DNA of 64,000 nt from Novosphingobium sp. (GCA_050725835.1 JBOHIC010000053.1:846-64845), one strand, 5' to 3'; shown: positions 45,414 to 55,015, counted from the stretch's first letter. Notes: a model not told the origin generated them from the sequence alone. Made by a program: numbers and translations.

Positions 45414-46009
45414 GTCAGCCCGACGCCGTGGTCCGCGCGGTCGAAGCGACCTTGTTCGCCGCCGAGGCGCCGATGACCACCGAGGCGATTTCGGCGCATC
45501 TCGGCGGAGTGGCGGTGAACGACGCGCTGGCCGAGTTGGCCGAACACTACGCCGGCCGCGGAATCGAACTGGTCGAGCGCGGCGGGCGCTGGCACTTCCA
45601 GTCCGCCGCCGATCTCGCCCACCTGCTGCGCCGCGAACGCGAGGAAGTGCGCCGCCTTAGCCGCGCGGCGACCGAAGTGCTCGCGATCGTCGCCTATCAC
45701 GAGCCGGTCAGCCGCGCCGAGATCGAGGCGATCCGCGGGGTCCAGACCGCCAAGGGCACGCTTGACGTGCTCCTCGAGGCTGTCTGGGTGCGGATCGTCG
45801 GGCGGCGCGAGGTGCCGGGTCGGCCGGTGATCTATGCCACGACCAGCGAGTTTCTCACCCATTTCGGTCTCGAATCGCGGCGCGATCTGCCGGGAATCGA
45901 CGAGCTTCGCGCCGCCGGATTGCTCGATCCGGTCGAGGATGCGCTGGCCGAGGCGATGGAAACCGCGGGTGCGGCGACTTCGCCGAGCGAAGAAGAATCC
46001 GCCGACTGA
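45410..46009 (+). CDS. scpB: Segregation and condensation protein B
   Basis: VEATLFAA, LSRAATEVLAIVAYHEPVSRAEIE, YATTSEFL. Confidence 0.93.
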   Translation: MSQPDAVVRAVEATLFAAEAPMTTEAISAHLGGVAVNDALAELAEHYAGRGIELVERGGRWHFQSAADLAHLLRREREEVRRLSRAATEVLAIVAYHEPVSRAEIEAIRGVQTAKGTLDVLLEAVWVRIVGRREVPGRPVIYATTSEFLTHFGLESRRDLPGIDELRAAGLLDPVEDALAEAMETAGAATSPSEEESAD

Positions 46010-46105
46010 CTGGCGTCCGGGCCGGTGATGGCCTAAATAGAGCGCAACGGGGGCGTGCGGCGCGCAGCGCAGACGACGCGCCGGCCCGCTTCGAGGAGTT
46101 GTGAC

Positions 46106-46360
46106 ATGGGTTTCGGATCAATCTGGCACTGGGTGATCGTGCTCGTGGTGGTCCTCGTGCTGTTCGGCCGCGGCCGGGTGGCCGACGTCATGGGCGAGTT
46201 CGGCAAAGGGCTGAAGAGCTTCAAGCAGGGAATGGCCGACGAGACCACCGATCGCCCGGTAACCCCGCCGCCGGCGCAGATCCCGGCCCCGCCTGCTACA
46301 GCGCAGTCCGCCGAGACCGCCGAGATCGCCGATAAGTCCAGCGGCCCCGGCCAGCCCTGA
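46106..46360 (+). CDS. tatA: Twin-arginine translocase TatA
   Basis: MGFGSIWHW...LFGRG...[19 protein letters not shown]. Confidence 0.95.
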   Translation: MGFGSIWHWVIVLVVVLVLFGRGRVADVMGEFGKGLKSFKQGMADETTDRPVTPPPAQIPAPPATAQSAETAEIADKSSGPGQP

Positions 46361-46382
46361 TCGATATTGCGGGCGGTAGCCC

Positions 46383-46703
46383 ATGTTCGATGTAGGCGCC
46401 TCCGAACTCCTGGTCATCGTGATCGTAGCGATCGTCGCGATCGGGCCGAAAGACCTGCCCTTCGCGCTGCGCACCGCGGGGCGCTGGATCGGCAAGGTCC
46501 GCCGCGTCTCGGGCCATTTCCGCTCGGGCATCGAGACGATGATTCGCGAGGCCGAGCTCGAGGAGATGGAAGCGAAGTGGCGCGATCAGAACGCCGCGAT
46601 TATGGCGGCGCATCCGCCCGGCGATGCGGCTGCCGAGGCGGCGTTGGCCGGACCCGACCCCGGCACCGGGCCCGCACCGAAGCCATCGCAGGACCCGACC
46701 TGA
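46383..46703 (+). CDS. tatB: Twin-arginine translocase TatB
   Basis: MFDVGASELLVIVIVAIVAIGPKDLP. Confidence 0.95.
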   Translation: MFDVGASELLVIVIVAIVAIGPKDLPFALRTAGRWIGKVRRVSGHFRSGIETMIREAELEEMEAKWRDQNAAIMAAHPPGDAAAEAALAGPDPGTGPAPKPSQDPT

Positions 46704-46704
46704 G

Positions 46705-47529
46705 ATGCTCAAAGTCAAGGATATCGACGAGAGCCAGGCGCCGCTGCTCGATCACCTGATCGAACTGCGCACCCGGCTGCTGCGCTGCGTCTTTGCGCTT
46801 GGAATAGCCTTTGCCGGTTGCTTCTATTTCGCCGACGAGATCTTCGGCTTCCTCGTCCGTCCGCTGACCGAGGCGTTCCCGCCGGGCCAGGGCAAGCTCA
46901 TCTACACCAAGCTCTACGAGGCGTTCTTCGTCGAGCTCAAGGTCGCGCTGTTTGCGGCGTTTTTCGTCTGCTTCCCGATCATCGCCAACCAGCTCTGGGC
47001 ATTTGTCGCCCCCGGACTCTACGCCAAGGAGAAGAAAGCCTTTCTCCCGTTCCTGTTGGTTACGCCGCTGTTCTTCTTCGGCGGAGCGGCGCTGGCCTAC
47101 TACGTGGTGATGCCAACCGCGTTCAAATTTTTCCTGACCTTCGAGGGCACCAAGGGCGGGCTCCAGCTCGAGGCGCTTCCCGGGACCGGAGATTACCTCA
47201 GCCTGGTGATGCAGTTCATCCTCGCTTTTGGCATGAGTTTCCTGCTGCCGGTTCTGCTTGTGCTGCTCAACGTCGCCGGGATCGTCAGGCGCGCTCAGCT
47301 GGCCGCGGCGCGGCGTTACGTCATCGTCGCGATCACCGTGGTCGCGGCGGTCGCCACCCCGCCCGACGTGGTTTCGCAACTGCTGCTCGCTGTGCCGCTG
47401 ATGCTGTTGTTCGAAGGCGCGCTGGTGGTGATGAGGGTCACCGAACGCAAGGCCGCGCGCGAAGCCTCCGCGGCGGCTGCGGACGATGCGCCGGGCGCGG
47501 AATCCGCCCCGCCCGAACCGCTCGGCTAA
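46705..47529 (+). CDS. tatC: Twin-arginine translocase TatC
   Basis: LLDHLIELRTRL, QLWAFVAPGLY, ATPPDVVSQ. Confidence 0.96.
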   Translation: MLKVKDIDESQAPLLDHLIELRTRLLRCVFALGIAFAGCFYFADEIFGFLVRPLTEAFPPGQGKLIYTKLYEAFFVELKVALFAAFFVCFPIIANQLWAFVAPGLYAKEKKAFLPFLLVTPLFFFGGAALAYYVVMPTAFKFFLTFEGTKGGLQLEALPGTGDYLSLVMQFILAFGMSFLLPVLLVLLNVAGIVRRAQLAAARRYVIVAITVVAAVATPPDVVSQLLLAVPLMLLFEGALVVMRVTERKAAREASAAAADDAPGAESAPPEPLG

Positions 47530-47547
47530 TCGCGCCTCGCTGGCGCA

Positions 47548-47576
47548 AACAAAAAGGGCGGGGTTTCCCCCGCCCT
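47548..47576 (-). terminator. Intrinsic terminator between convergent genes
   Basis: AGGGCGGGG/CCCCGCCCT stem followed by TTTTGTTT on the minus strand. Confidence 0.8.
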
Positions 47577-47602
47577 CTGTAATTTCGAGCTAGAGCAGCG
47601 CC

Positions 47603-47818
47603 TTACGGGCTGGTCGGGGAATCGTCCTCGTTGTCGGCGAGCACGAAAATGCCCGCGCCGATGAGGATGACCGCGAGGATCAGCAGGATGGTCGAATCGT
47701 CACCGAATTCGCTCGCATCCGAAACCGGAGCGGCCGCACGGCTCACGTCGGCAGCGAGGACCGGCGAGGCAGTCATGGTGAAGGCTGCGGCAGCAGCAAC
47801 CAGGTTACGGAACTTCAT
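47603..47818 (-). CDS. Small exported, single-TM protein of unknown function
   Basis: 71 aa; AAGGAG SD; signal peptide ending VLA/A, acidic linker, TM ILLILAVILIGAGIFVLA, acidic tail ending PTSP; own terminator. Confidence 0.75.
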   Translation of the reverse strand: MKFRNLVAAAAAFTMTASPVLAADVSRAAAPVSDASEFGDDSTILLILAVILIGAGIFVLADNEDDSPTSP

Positions 47819-48050
47819 CGAGTGTTCTCCTTTGGGACTCAGCTCACACCGGCACTTAATACAATCGTGTCAGACGCACAAGGCCTATGTCGGCGTCTGA
47901 AAACCCCTACAAAACAACTGTGTCGGTTGGGTGACAGGGCCCCCCGCGCTCCACTGCTGTCACGCCCGAAACCAATCGATTGGGGATTTCGTTCCATCGG
48001 AGCCGAAAATTTCCCGCCGAGCGTGCTTGACTGCGCCTAATGGTTGTCCG

Positions 48051-48066
48051 TTTACGCCGAGTTAAC
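48051..48066. promoter_or_regulatory. CtrA-like box upstream of the small protein gene
   Basis: TTTA-CGCCGAG-TTAAC, one mismatch to TTAA-N7-TTAAC. Confidence 0.45.
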
Positions 48067-48120
48067 AGCGCGCAGCCGTTGTGCGCGGCTGTCGGCGCAT
48101 TGGCAACGCCGCGCCGTGTA

Positions 48121-49776
48121 TCACTTTGTATCCGCCGCCGCGAACACGCGCACCCCGCCCACCCAGGTCTCGCTGACCCGCGTCGCGCGGATTTCCGCAG
48201 GCGTGGCGAGCAGCGGATCGCGGTCGATCAGCACGAAGTCGGCGCGCTGGCCTTTGGCGATCCGGCCGAAGCGTCCTTCGGCGAAGCCCGCCCAGGCGCC
48301 GTCGGCGGTGTAGGCGGCGAGCGCCGCCTCGCGGGTCACGCGCTCTTCGGGCCGCCAGCCGCCGTAGGGCTGCCCCTCGGCATCCTGCCGCGTGATCGCC
48401 GCCGCGAACCCGGCGAAGGGATCGGGCTCTTCGACCGGCGCGTCCGAGCCGAACGCGAGCTTCGCCCCGGTCGCCGCGATCGTTTTCCATGCATAGGCGC
48501 CCGCGAGCCGCGCCGGACCGAGCCGCGCTTCGGCCATCGTCCGGTCCGAGGTCTGGTGGACCGGCTGCATCGAAGCGATCGCGCCGTACTTGCCGAATTT
48601 GGGGATATCTGCGGGATCGACCACCTGGGCATGCTCGATCCGCCAGCGCCGATCGCCCCTGTAGGTTTCGGAAAGCTCACCGATCGCGCCCAGTAGGGCG
48701 GCGTTGGCCTCGTCGCCGATCGCGTGTGCGGCGACCTGGAAGCGGTCGAACGCGGCGCGGCTCATCAGATTCTTGAGCTGGGTGTCATTGGTCAGGCGCA
48801 AGCCGCTGTTCTTCGGGTCGTCGGCGTAGGGGGCCTTGAGCGACGCGCCGCGCGAGCCGAGCGCGCCGTCGAGGTAGAGCTTGACCCCGTTGAGCCGGAG
48901 CCGGTCGGCGTAGAGCCACGGGCTGGGGCCCGGGCCGCCGATCAGCGTCATCGCCTCGACGCCCGAAGCATAGGACATGATCCGGACGTTGAGCGTGCCG
49001 TTGTCGCCTGCGCGGCGGAACGCCTGCCAGTCCTCGATGCTGGTCCCCATATCGGCTGCCGCGGTGACCCCGCGTTTGGCGAGCAGCGCCTGCGCGGTCT
49101 GCAGCGCGAGGTCGCGGTCCTCGGGGCGGGGCGGGGGAACCACCCGGTCGACCATGTCGGTCGCGGCATCGACCATCACGCCCGCGGGTTTGCCGCCCGG
49201 CAGCCGCTCGATGCGCCCTCCCGAAGGGTCCTTGGTCGCGGCGCCAACCTCGGCCAGCGCCAAGGCGCGGGAACTGGCCCAGCCGGCGTGTCCGTCGACG
49301 CGCGAGAGCCAGGCCGGGCGGTCGCCGACCACGGTGTCGAGCTCGGCGGCGGTCGGGAAGCGGCCGAGCCCCCACAGCTCCTGGTTCCAGCCGCGGCCGA
49401 TGATCCACGGCCGGTCTGGGTGGGCCTTGGCGTATTCGGCGATTTTCGCCTGGGCATCGGCGAGCGAGCGTGTTTGCGAGAGGTCGAGTGTCAGCGCGCC
49501 GAACCCGATCCCCATGACATGCGCGTGCGAATCGATCAGCCCGGGGATCATCACCCGGCCTTTGCCGTCGACATAGAAGTCGGGCTTGTTCGGCCGCTTG
49601 TCGCCGCGGCGCAGCACCTGCTCGATCCGCCCGTCGTCGCCGATCAGCAGGCCGGTGAAACGTTCTACCTTGCCGCTCTCGTCGAGGGTGACGCCCTCGA
49701 CGTGATCGACCAGCGTGTCGGCCACAGCAGGTGAAGCCAGCGCCAGCACCAGCGCGATCGTCGTCGATACTCTCAT
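48121..49776 (-). CDS. Amidohydrolase 3 family (YtcJ-like) metal-dependent hydrolase, exported
   Basis: PGLIDSHAH, DGHAGWASS, KLYLDGALGSRGA, HAIGD, RIEHAQ, FGSDAPV; start MRVSTTIAL at 49776. Confidence 0.88.
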   Translation of the reverse strand: MRVSTTIALVLALASPAVADTLVDHVEGVTLDESGKVERFTGLLIGDDGRIEQVLRRGDKRPNKPDFYVDGKGRVMIPGLIDSHAHVMGIGFGALTLDLSQTRSLADAQAKIAEYAKAHPDRPWIIGRGWNQELWGLGRFPTAAELDTVVGDRPAWLSRVDGHAGWASSRALALAEVGAATKDPSGGRIERLPGGKPAGVMVDAATDMVDRVVPPPRPEDRDLALQTAQALLAKRGVTAAADMGTSIEDWQAFRRAGDNGTLNVRIMSYASGVEAMTLIGGPGPSPWLYADRLRLNGVKLYLDGALGSRGASLKAPYADDPKNSGLRLTNDTQLKNLMSRAAFDRFQVAAHAIGDEANAALLGAIGELSETYRGDRRWRIEHAQVVDPADIPKFGKYGAIASMQPVHQTSDRTMAEARLGPARLAGAYAWKTIAATGAKLAFGSDAPVEEPDPFAGFAAAITRQDAEGQPYGGWRPEERVTREAALAAYTADGAWAGFAEGRFGRIAKGQRADFVLIDRDPLLATPAEIRATRVSETWVGGVRVFAAADTK

Positions 49777-50657
49777 GCTTTCCCCCGCTTGGGCAAGCGC
49801 CGGATCAGCGCGCTGGTGTCTTGCCGTCCGCCGCCGAGCGCCTGGACCTCGGCGTAGAACTGGTCGATCATTGCCGTCACCGGGAGCGAAACGCCGAGCG
49901 AGCGGCCTTCCTCGAGCGTCAGCCCAAGGTCCTTGCGCATCCAGTCGATCGCGAAGCCGAAGTCGAACTCGTCCTTCGCCATCGTGTGCCAGCGATTGTC
50001 CATCTGCCAGCTTTGCGAAGCCCCGCCCGAGATCGCCTCGTACACCCTGTCGAGATCGAGGTGCGCCGCCTCGGCGAAGCGCAGCGCCTCGGAAAGGCTG
50101 GCCAGCACGCCCGAAAAGGCGATCTGGTTGACCATCTTGGCGGTCTGCCCCGCGCCGGCCTTGCCGACGTGGACGATCCGCTTGGTATAGCCTTCCATGA
50201 TCGGCCGCGCCGCCTCGATCGCTTCGGCCCGGCCGCCGCACATCACGGTGAGCTGGCCGGCCTCGGCCCCGGCCTGGCCGCCGGTGACCGGGGCATCGAC
50301 GCAGTGCACCTGGAGGTCGCGCGCCTCGACCGCGATCTGCCGAGCGATCCGCGCCGAGACAGTGGTGTGATCGATGAACGCCGCGCCTTTGCCGAGCGCG
50401 CGGAACACGCCCTGCGGTCCGAGCACGACATCGGCGAGATCGTCGTCGTTGCCGACGCAGGTGAGTACTACGTCGGCGCCCTCGGCCGCTTCCGCCGGGC
50501 TGGCGGCAACGCGGGCCGCCAGGCCTGGGTTGGCCTCCTGCCACTTGGCCAGCCGCGCCTCGCTGCGGTTATAAACGGTGAGCCGGTGCCCGGCCGCGCC
50601 GATGTGCCGCGCGATCGCCCCGCCCATCACCCCGAGGCCGAGGAAGGAAACGTTCAT
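49773..50657 (-). CDS. NAD(P)-dependent oxidoreductase, 3-hydroxyisobutyrate dehydrogenase family
   Basis: FLGLGVMG, VYNRS, DAPVTGGQAGA, GAGQTAKMVNQ, KDLGL. Confidence 0.92.
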   Translation of the reverse strand: MNVSFLGLGVMGGAIARHIGAAGHRLTVYNRSEARLAKWQEANPGLAARVAASPAEAAEGADVVLTCVGNDDDLADVVLGPQGVFRALGKGAAFIDHTTVSARIARQIAVEARDLQVHCVDAPVTGGQAGAEAGQLTVMCGGRAEAIEAARPIMEGYTKRIVHVGKAGAGQTAKMVNQIAFSGVLASLSEALRFAEAAHLDLDRVYEAISGGASQSWQMDNRWHTMAKDEFDFGFAIDWMRKDLGLTLEEGRSLGVSLPVTAMIDQFYAEVQALGGGRQDTSALIRRLPKRGKA

Positions 50658-50747
50658 CGCCGCCGACCGTCCAGAGCTTTCCGTAGGATCATCCCCGGGG
50701 TTCTTAGTGGCTTGTGCGGCGCGCGCCAGCCGCTATCGCCGCGGCCC

Positions 50748-51134
50748 ATGAGAATTCTCTCGATGCCGCGCGTCGTCCGCTTCGCCACGGTCGCCTTCTG
50801 GGCGGCGACGGTGCTCGCGGTGACGATGGCGGTGCTGCCCAAGCCGCCCGAGACCCCGATCGACCGCTTCGGCGACAAGTTTGCGCACATCATCGCTTTC
50901 GCCGTCCTCGCCGCGCTGGCCACTGTCGCTTACGGACGCGAGGCCAAGTGGCGGATCGTCGAGCGGCTGTGCTTCCTCGGCGCCGCAATCGAGGTGGTGC
51001 AGACCATCCCCGCGCTCCACCGCAGCCCCGACGTGCGCGACTGGATCGCGGATTCCGTGGCGGTGCTGGCGATGGTGTGGCTCGCCGGACTGATCGTGCC
51101 GCCGCGGGTTTCCAAGCATTCGTCGTTCGGCTAG
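50748..51134 (+). CDS. VanZ-like small membrane protein
   Basis: DKFAHIIAFAVL, IEVVQ...HRS...DWIAD; start may be 50763. Confidence 0.75.
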   Translation: MRILSMPRVVRFATVAFWAATVLAVTMAVLPKPPETPIDRFGDKFAHIIAFAVLAALATVAYGREAKWRIVERLCFLGAAIEVVQTIPALHRSPDVRDWIADSVAVLAMVWLAGLIVPPRVSKHSSFG

Positions 51135-51145
51135 GCCGCGGCCCG

Positions 51146-52396
51146 ATGCACCAACTTGTCCCCTCCAGCGAAACCGGCGCGCAGGCGCTGCTCACCATCG
51201 CCGATATCCGCGCCGCGGCGGATCGGATCGCCGGGTCGGTCGTGCGCACCCCGACGCTGCATTCGAAGACCCTGAGCGCGATCGCCGGGGCCGAGATCTG
51301 GCTCAAGTTCGAGAATCTCCAGTTCACTGCCTCGTACAAGGAGCGCGGCGCGCTCAACGCATTGCTCCTGCTCGGCGGCGAGGGCAGCAACCGCGGGGTA
51401 ATCGCGGCCTCGGCGGGCAACCATGCGCAGGGGCTGAGCTACCACGCCACCCGGCTCGGCTTACCCGCGACGATCGTCATGCCCAAGACCACGCCTTCGG
51501 TGAAGATCATGCAGACCGAGGCAGTGGGCGGCACGGTGGTGCTGGAAGGCGAGACCTTCGACGACGCCTATGCCCACGCCCGCCAGCTCGAGGGCGAGCT
51601 CGGGCTGACTTTCGTCCACCCGTTCGACGATCCGAATGTTGCTGCAGGGGCGGGCACGGTCGCGCTCGAAATTCTCGAGGACGTGCCCGAAATCGACATG
51701 CTGGCGATCCCGGTCGGCGGCGGCGGGCTGGCTTCGGGCATGGGCACCGCGGCGCGCGCCATTCGCCCCGACATCGGCCTGATCGGAGTCGAGGCCGAGC
51801 TGTTCCCCTCGATGTACAACCGGCTCAAGGGGACCAGTCTTCCCGCCGGCGGCGACACCATCGCCGAAGGGATCGCGGTCAAGGAACCGGGCGAGTTCAC
51901 CGCGCAGGTCCTCGCCGGGTTGCTCGACGATTTCGTTCTGGTCAGCGAGAGCCAGCTCGAAAGTGCGGTGGCGCTGCTCCTCCAGATCGAAAAGACCGTG
52001 GTCGAAGGAGCGGGCGCTTCGGGACTCGCGGCGGTGCTCGCGCACCCGCACCTGTTCAAGGGCCGCAAGGTCGGGATCGTGCTCACCGGCGGCAATATCG
52101 ACACCCGCCTGCTCGCCAACGTGCTGCTGCGCGATCTCGCCCGCTCGGGCCGGCTGGCGCGACTCAGGCTAACCCTCCAGGACCGCCCCGGCGCGCTGTT
52201 CAAGGTGATGGAAGAGTTCAGCCGCCACAGCGTCAACATCATCGAAATCTGGCACCAGCGGATCTTCACCCACCTCCCCGCGAAAGGGCTGATCACCGAC
52301 ATCGAGTGCGAAGCGCGCGACCGCGAACAGCTCGAAGCCCTGGTCGCCGCGCTCCGCGCCAAGGGCTACAAGGTAGACCCGGTCGAGATGGGGTGA
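51146..52396 (+). CDS. ilvA: Threonine ammonia-lyase with C-terminal ACT domain
   Basis: KFENLQFTASYKERGA (PLP Lys), ASAGNHAQG, PVGGGGL, ACT motif DRPGAL. Confidence 0.88.
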   Translation: MHQLVPSSETGAQALLTIADIRAAADRIAGSVVRTPTLHSKTLSAIAGAEIWLKFENLQFTASYKERGALNALLLLGGEGSNRGVIAASAGNHAQGLSYHATRLGLPATIVMPKTTPSVKIMQTEAVGGTVVLEGETFDDAYAHARQLEGELGLTFVHPFDDPNVAAGAGTVALEILEDVPEIDMLAIPVGGGGLASGMGTAARAIRPDIGLIGVEAELFPSMYNRLKGTSLPAGGDTIAEGIAVKEPGEFTAQVLAGLLDDFVLVSESQLESAVALLLQIEKTVVEGAGASGLAAVLAHPHLFKGRKVGIVLTGGNIDTRLLANVLLRDLARSGRLARLRLTLQDRPGALFKVMEEFSRHSVNIIEIWHQRIFTHLPAKGLITDIECEARDREQLEALVAALRAKGYKVDPVEMG

Positions 52397-52454
52397 GCCG
52401 GTTCGGCACAGGTTCCGGGCGGTTCGTCACCAGGCTGTGCAAAATAAGACTCCA

Positions 52455-52487
52455 TTAACCAGGTTTCGTGGTTAAAACCGTTTCAAC
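52455..52487 (+). promoter_or_regulatory. CtrA-like sites upstream of the arginyltransferase gene
   Basis: Inverted repeat TTAACCA-N7-TGGTTAA (52455-52475) overlapping TTAA-N7-TCAAC (52472-52487). Confidence 0.5.
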
Positions 52488-52553
52488 AGGCCGGGGGGAG
52501 GGGCATACCCACGGCCTCGGCCAAGCGCATCCGCCAAGGGAACATCACCGCCC

Positions 52554-53405
52554 GTGAACGCACCCGTTCGCTTTCCCCGGTTCTTCGTCACCAGCCCGGC
52601 GCCGTGCCCCTATTTGCCGGGGCGCAGCGAGCGCAAGGTGTTCACCGAGCTCAAGGGGCCGCACGCCGACGCGCTTAACGACGCGCTCGGGCGGATCGGC
52701 TTCCGCCGCAGCCAGACCGTGGCTTACCGCCCCTCATGCATCGGCTGCGCTGCCTGCGTCTCGATCCGGGTGGTGACCGAGGAGTTCCGCGCCTCGGCGA
52801 CGCAGAAGCGCAACCTCAAGCGCAATGGCGACCTTGTTACCTCGATTTGCCGCCCGTGGTCGACCGCCGAGCAGTTCGAGCTGCTCCAGCGCTACCTCGG
52901 GGTGCGCCATCCCGGTGGCGGGATGGCGGCGATGGACGAGACCGATTTCGCCGACATGGTCGAGCACACGCCGGTCGACAGCTTCGTGATCGAATACCGC
53001 GAGCCGGGAGTGGACGGCATGCCTGGCCGGCTGGTCGGGGCCTGCCTGACCGACCGTCAGGCCGATGGGCTGTCGATGATCTATTCGTTCTTCGATCCCG
53101 AGCACACCGCGCGCACCGGCCTCGGAAATTATATCATCCTCGATCACATCCGCCGCGCCGCGGAGGCCGAGCTGCCTTACGTCTATCTCGGCTACTGGGT
53201 CGAAGGCGCGGTGCGGATGCAGTACAAGATCCGCTACCGCCCGATCGAACGGCTCGGCCGCGCCGGGTGGGAACGGATCGGCGAGGCCGAGCACGATGCG
53301 CTCATTCTCGGCGCCGCCCGCGCGCGCCGCGCCGAAGCGCCGCTGCCCGGCAGCACCAAGGACGGCGTCCCCGGCGGGCAGGAGCAATACCGCTTCGTCG
53401 ATTGA
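52554..53405 (+). CDS. ate: Aspartate/glutamate leucyltransferase (Ate/Bpt, arginyl-tRNA-protein transferase family)
   Basis: [51 protein letters not shown]. Confidence 0.9.
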   Translation: MNAPVRFPRFFVTSPAPCPYLPGRSERKVFTELKGPHADALNDALGRIGFRRSQTVAYRPSCIGCAACVSIRVVTEEFRASATQKRNLKRNGDLVTSICRPWSTAEQFELLQRYLGVRHPGGGMAAMDETDFADMVEHTPVDSFVIEYREPGVDGMPGRLVGACLTDRQADGLSMIYSFFDPEHTARTGLGNYIILDHIRRAAEAELPYVYLGYWVEGAVRMQYKIRYRPIERLGRAGWERIGEAEHDALILGAARARRAEAPLPGSTKDGVPGGQEQYRFVD

Positions 53406-53412
53406 GCGCGCG

Positions 53413-54837
53413 CTAGGCGGGGGCCCCGCTGATCGCCTTGATCTCCATGAAGTCCTTGAGCCCGAACAGCCCGCCTTCGCGGCCGTTGCCCGATTGCTTG
53501 TAGCCGCCGAACGGCGCGCCAGGGGCGGGACCCCACGAGTTGATCGCGACCATTCCGGCGCGCAGCTGCGGCGCGATTTCCGCGGCCTTGGCCGGATCGC
53601 CCGAGATCACCGCGGAGAGCCCGTAGTCGGTGTCGTTGGCGATGGCGATGCCCTGCTCGAGGCTGTCGTAGGCCATCACCGTGGCGACCGGGCCGAACAC
53701 CTCTTCCCTGGCGATGCGCATGTCGGGAGTGACGCCGGAGAACACCGTCGGCTTGATGTAGTAGCCGCGGTTGAGGTCGGCCGGGCGGTCGGTCCCGCCG
53801 GTCTCGAGCGTGGCGCCCTCGTCGATCGCCGACTGGATCAGCCCCTGGATCTTCTCGTACTGGGTCTTGTTGACGACCGGGCCGATGTGCATCCCTTCGG
53901 CCAGCGGATCGCCCACTGGGGTCGCCTCGAACATCGCCTTGGCGAAAGCTGCGGCCTCGGCCTCGCGCTCGCGCGGGACGAGCACGCGGGTCGGCGCGAT
54001 GCAGCTCTGCCCGGTGTTGATCAGCACACCCTGGAGCGTGGCGGGCAGAACCGCGGCGAAGTCTGCATCCGGCAGGACCAGGTTGGGCGATTTGCCGCCG
54101 AGTTCCTGGTGGACCCGCTTGACCGTCGGCGCGGCGGCGACCGCCACCGCGATCCCGGCGCGGGTCGAGCCGGTGAAGCTGACCATTTCGATATCCGGGT
54201 GGCCGCTGATCGCCTGGCCGACGCCCGGGCCGTCACCGTTGACGAGGTTGAACACCCCCGGCGGCACCCCCGCGGCGTCGAGGATCTCGGCGAAGATCAT
54301 CGCATTGCTCGGGCATTCCTCGCTCGGCTTGAGCACCATGGTGTTGCCCGCGGCGAGCGCCGGGGCGACCTTGAGCGCGATCTGGTTGAGCGGCCAGTTC
54401 CACGGGGTGATCATGCCGACCACGCCGATCGGCTCGTAAACGATCGTGTTGGCGCCCTGCCGCTCGGAAAAGGTGAAGTCCTGGAGCGCGCCGATCGTGC
54501 CCATGAACCCGCCGATCCCCGCGCCGACCTGCGCCATTTCGGCGAAGCTGACGGGCGCGCCCATCTCTTCAGCCATCGATACCGCCAGATCGTGCCCGCG
54601 CTTTTTGTACTCCTCGACGATCCGCCCCATCAGCGCCAGCCGCTCCTCGCGGGTGGTTTGGCTGAAGCTCTCGAAAGCGCGGCGCGCTGCCTTGACCGCC
54701 TTGTCGACGTCGGCCTGGCTGCCCAGCGTGATTGCGGTCACCGGCTCCTCGGTGCCCGGGCTGATCACCTCGTGGCGCTTGCCGCCCTCGCTGTCGACCC
54801 ACTTGCCGTCGATGTATTGCTGCAGCCGCTCGCGCAT
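53413..54837 (-). CDS. NAD-dependent aldehyde dehydrogenase
   Basis: ITPWNWP, FTGSTRAG, ELGGKSP, NTGQSCIAP, EEVFGPV, GGYKQSGNGRE. Confidence 0.95.
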   Translation of the reverse strand: MRERLQQYIDGKWVDSEGGKRHEVISPGTEEPVTAITLGSQADVDKAVKAARRAFESFSQTTREERLALMGRIVEEYKKRGHDLAVSMAEEMGAPVSFAEMAQVGAGIGGFMGTIGALQDFTFSERQGANTIVYEPIGVVGMITPWNWPLNQIALKVAPALAAGNTMVLKPSEECPSNAMIFAEILDAAGVPPGVFNLVNGDGPGVGQAISGHPDIEMVSFTGSTRAGIAVAVAAAPTVKRVHQELGGKSPNLVLPDADFAAVLPATLQGVLINTGQSCIAPTRVLVPREREAEAAAFAKAMFEATPVGDPLAEGMHIGPVVNKTQYEKIQGLIQSAIDEGATLETGGTDRPADLNRGYYIKPTVFSGVTPDMRIAREEVFGPVATVMAYDSLEQGIAIANDTDYGLSAVISGDPAKAAEIAPQLRAGMVAINSWGPAPGAPFGGYKQSGNGREGGLFGLKDFMEIKAISGAPA

Positions 54838-54848
54838 CGCGAATCTCC

Positions 54849-54866
54849 CTTAATGGCTCGATTAAA
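54849..54866 (-). promoter_or_regulatory. Palindromic operator abutting the aldehyde dehydrogenase SD
   Basis: Minus strand TTTAATCGAGCCATTAAG, 15/18 identical to the site at 21866. Confidence 0.6.
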
Positions 54867-54958
54867 TTTGATCCGTTTTCGGTCGCGGCGAGATGGATTG
54901 CAACATGCAATTCTATGAGGGGGAGGCGTGCGTTCATGGAGGCCGTCGCAATCCTGAA

Positions 54959-54980
54959 CAAGGTCACACCAAGGTCACAC
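54959..54980. repeat. Perfect 11-bp tandem repeat (2 copies)
   Basis: CAAGGTCACAC-CAAGGTCACAC in the intergenic region upstream of the aldehyde dehydrogenase. Confidence 0.7.
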
Positions 54981-55015
54981 CCGAACAATGGTCTCGCCGA
55001 AAATTGCCGTCTCGC

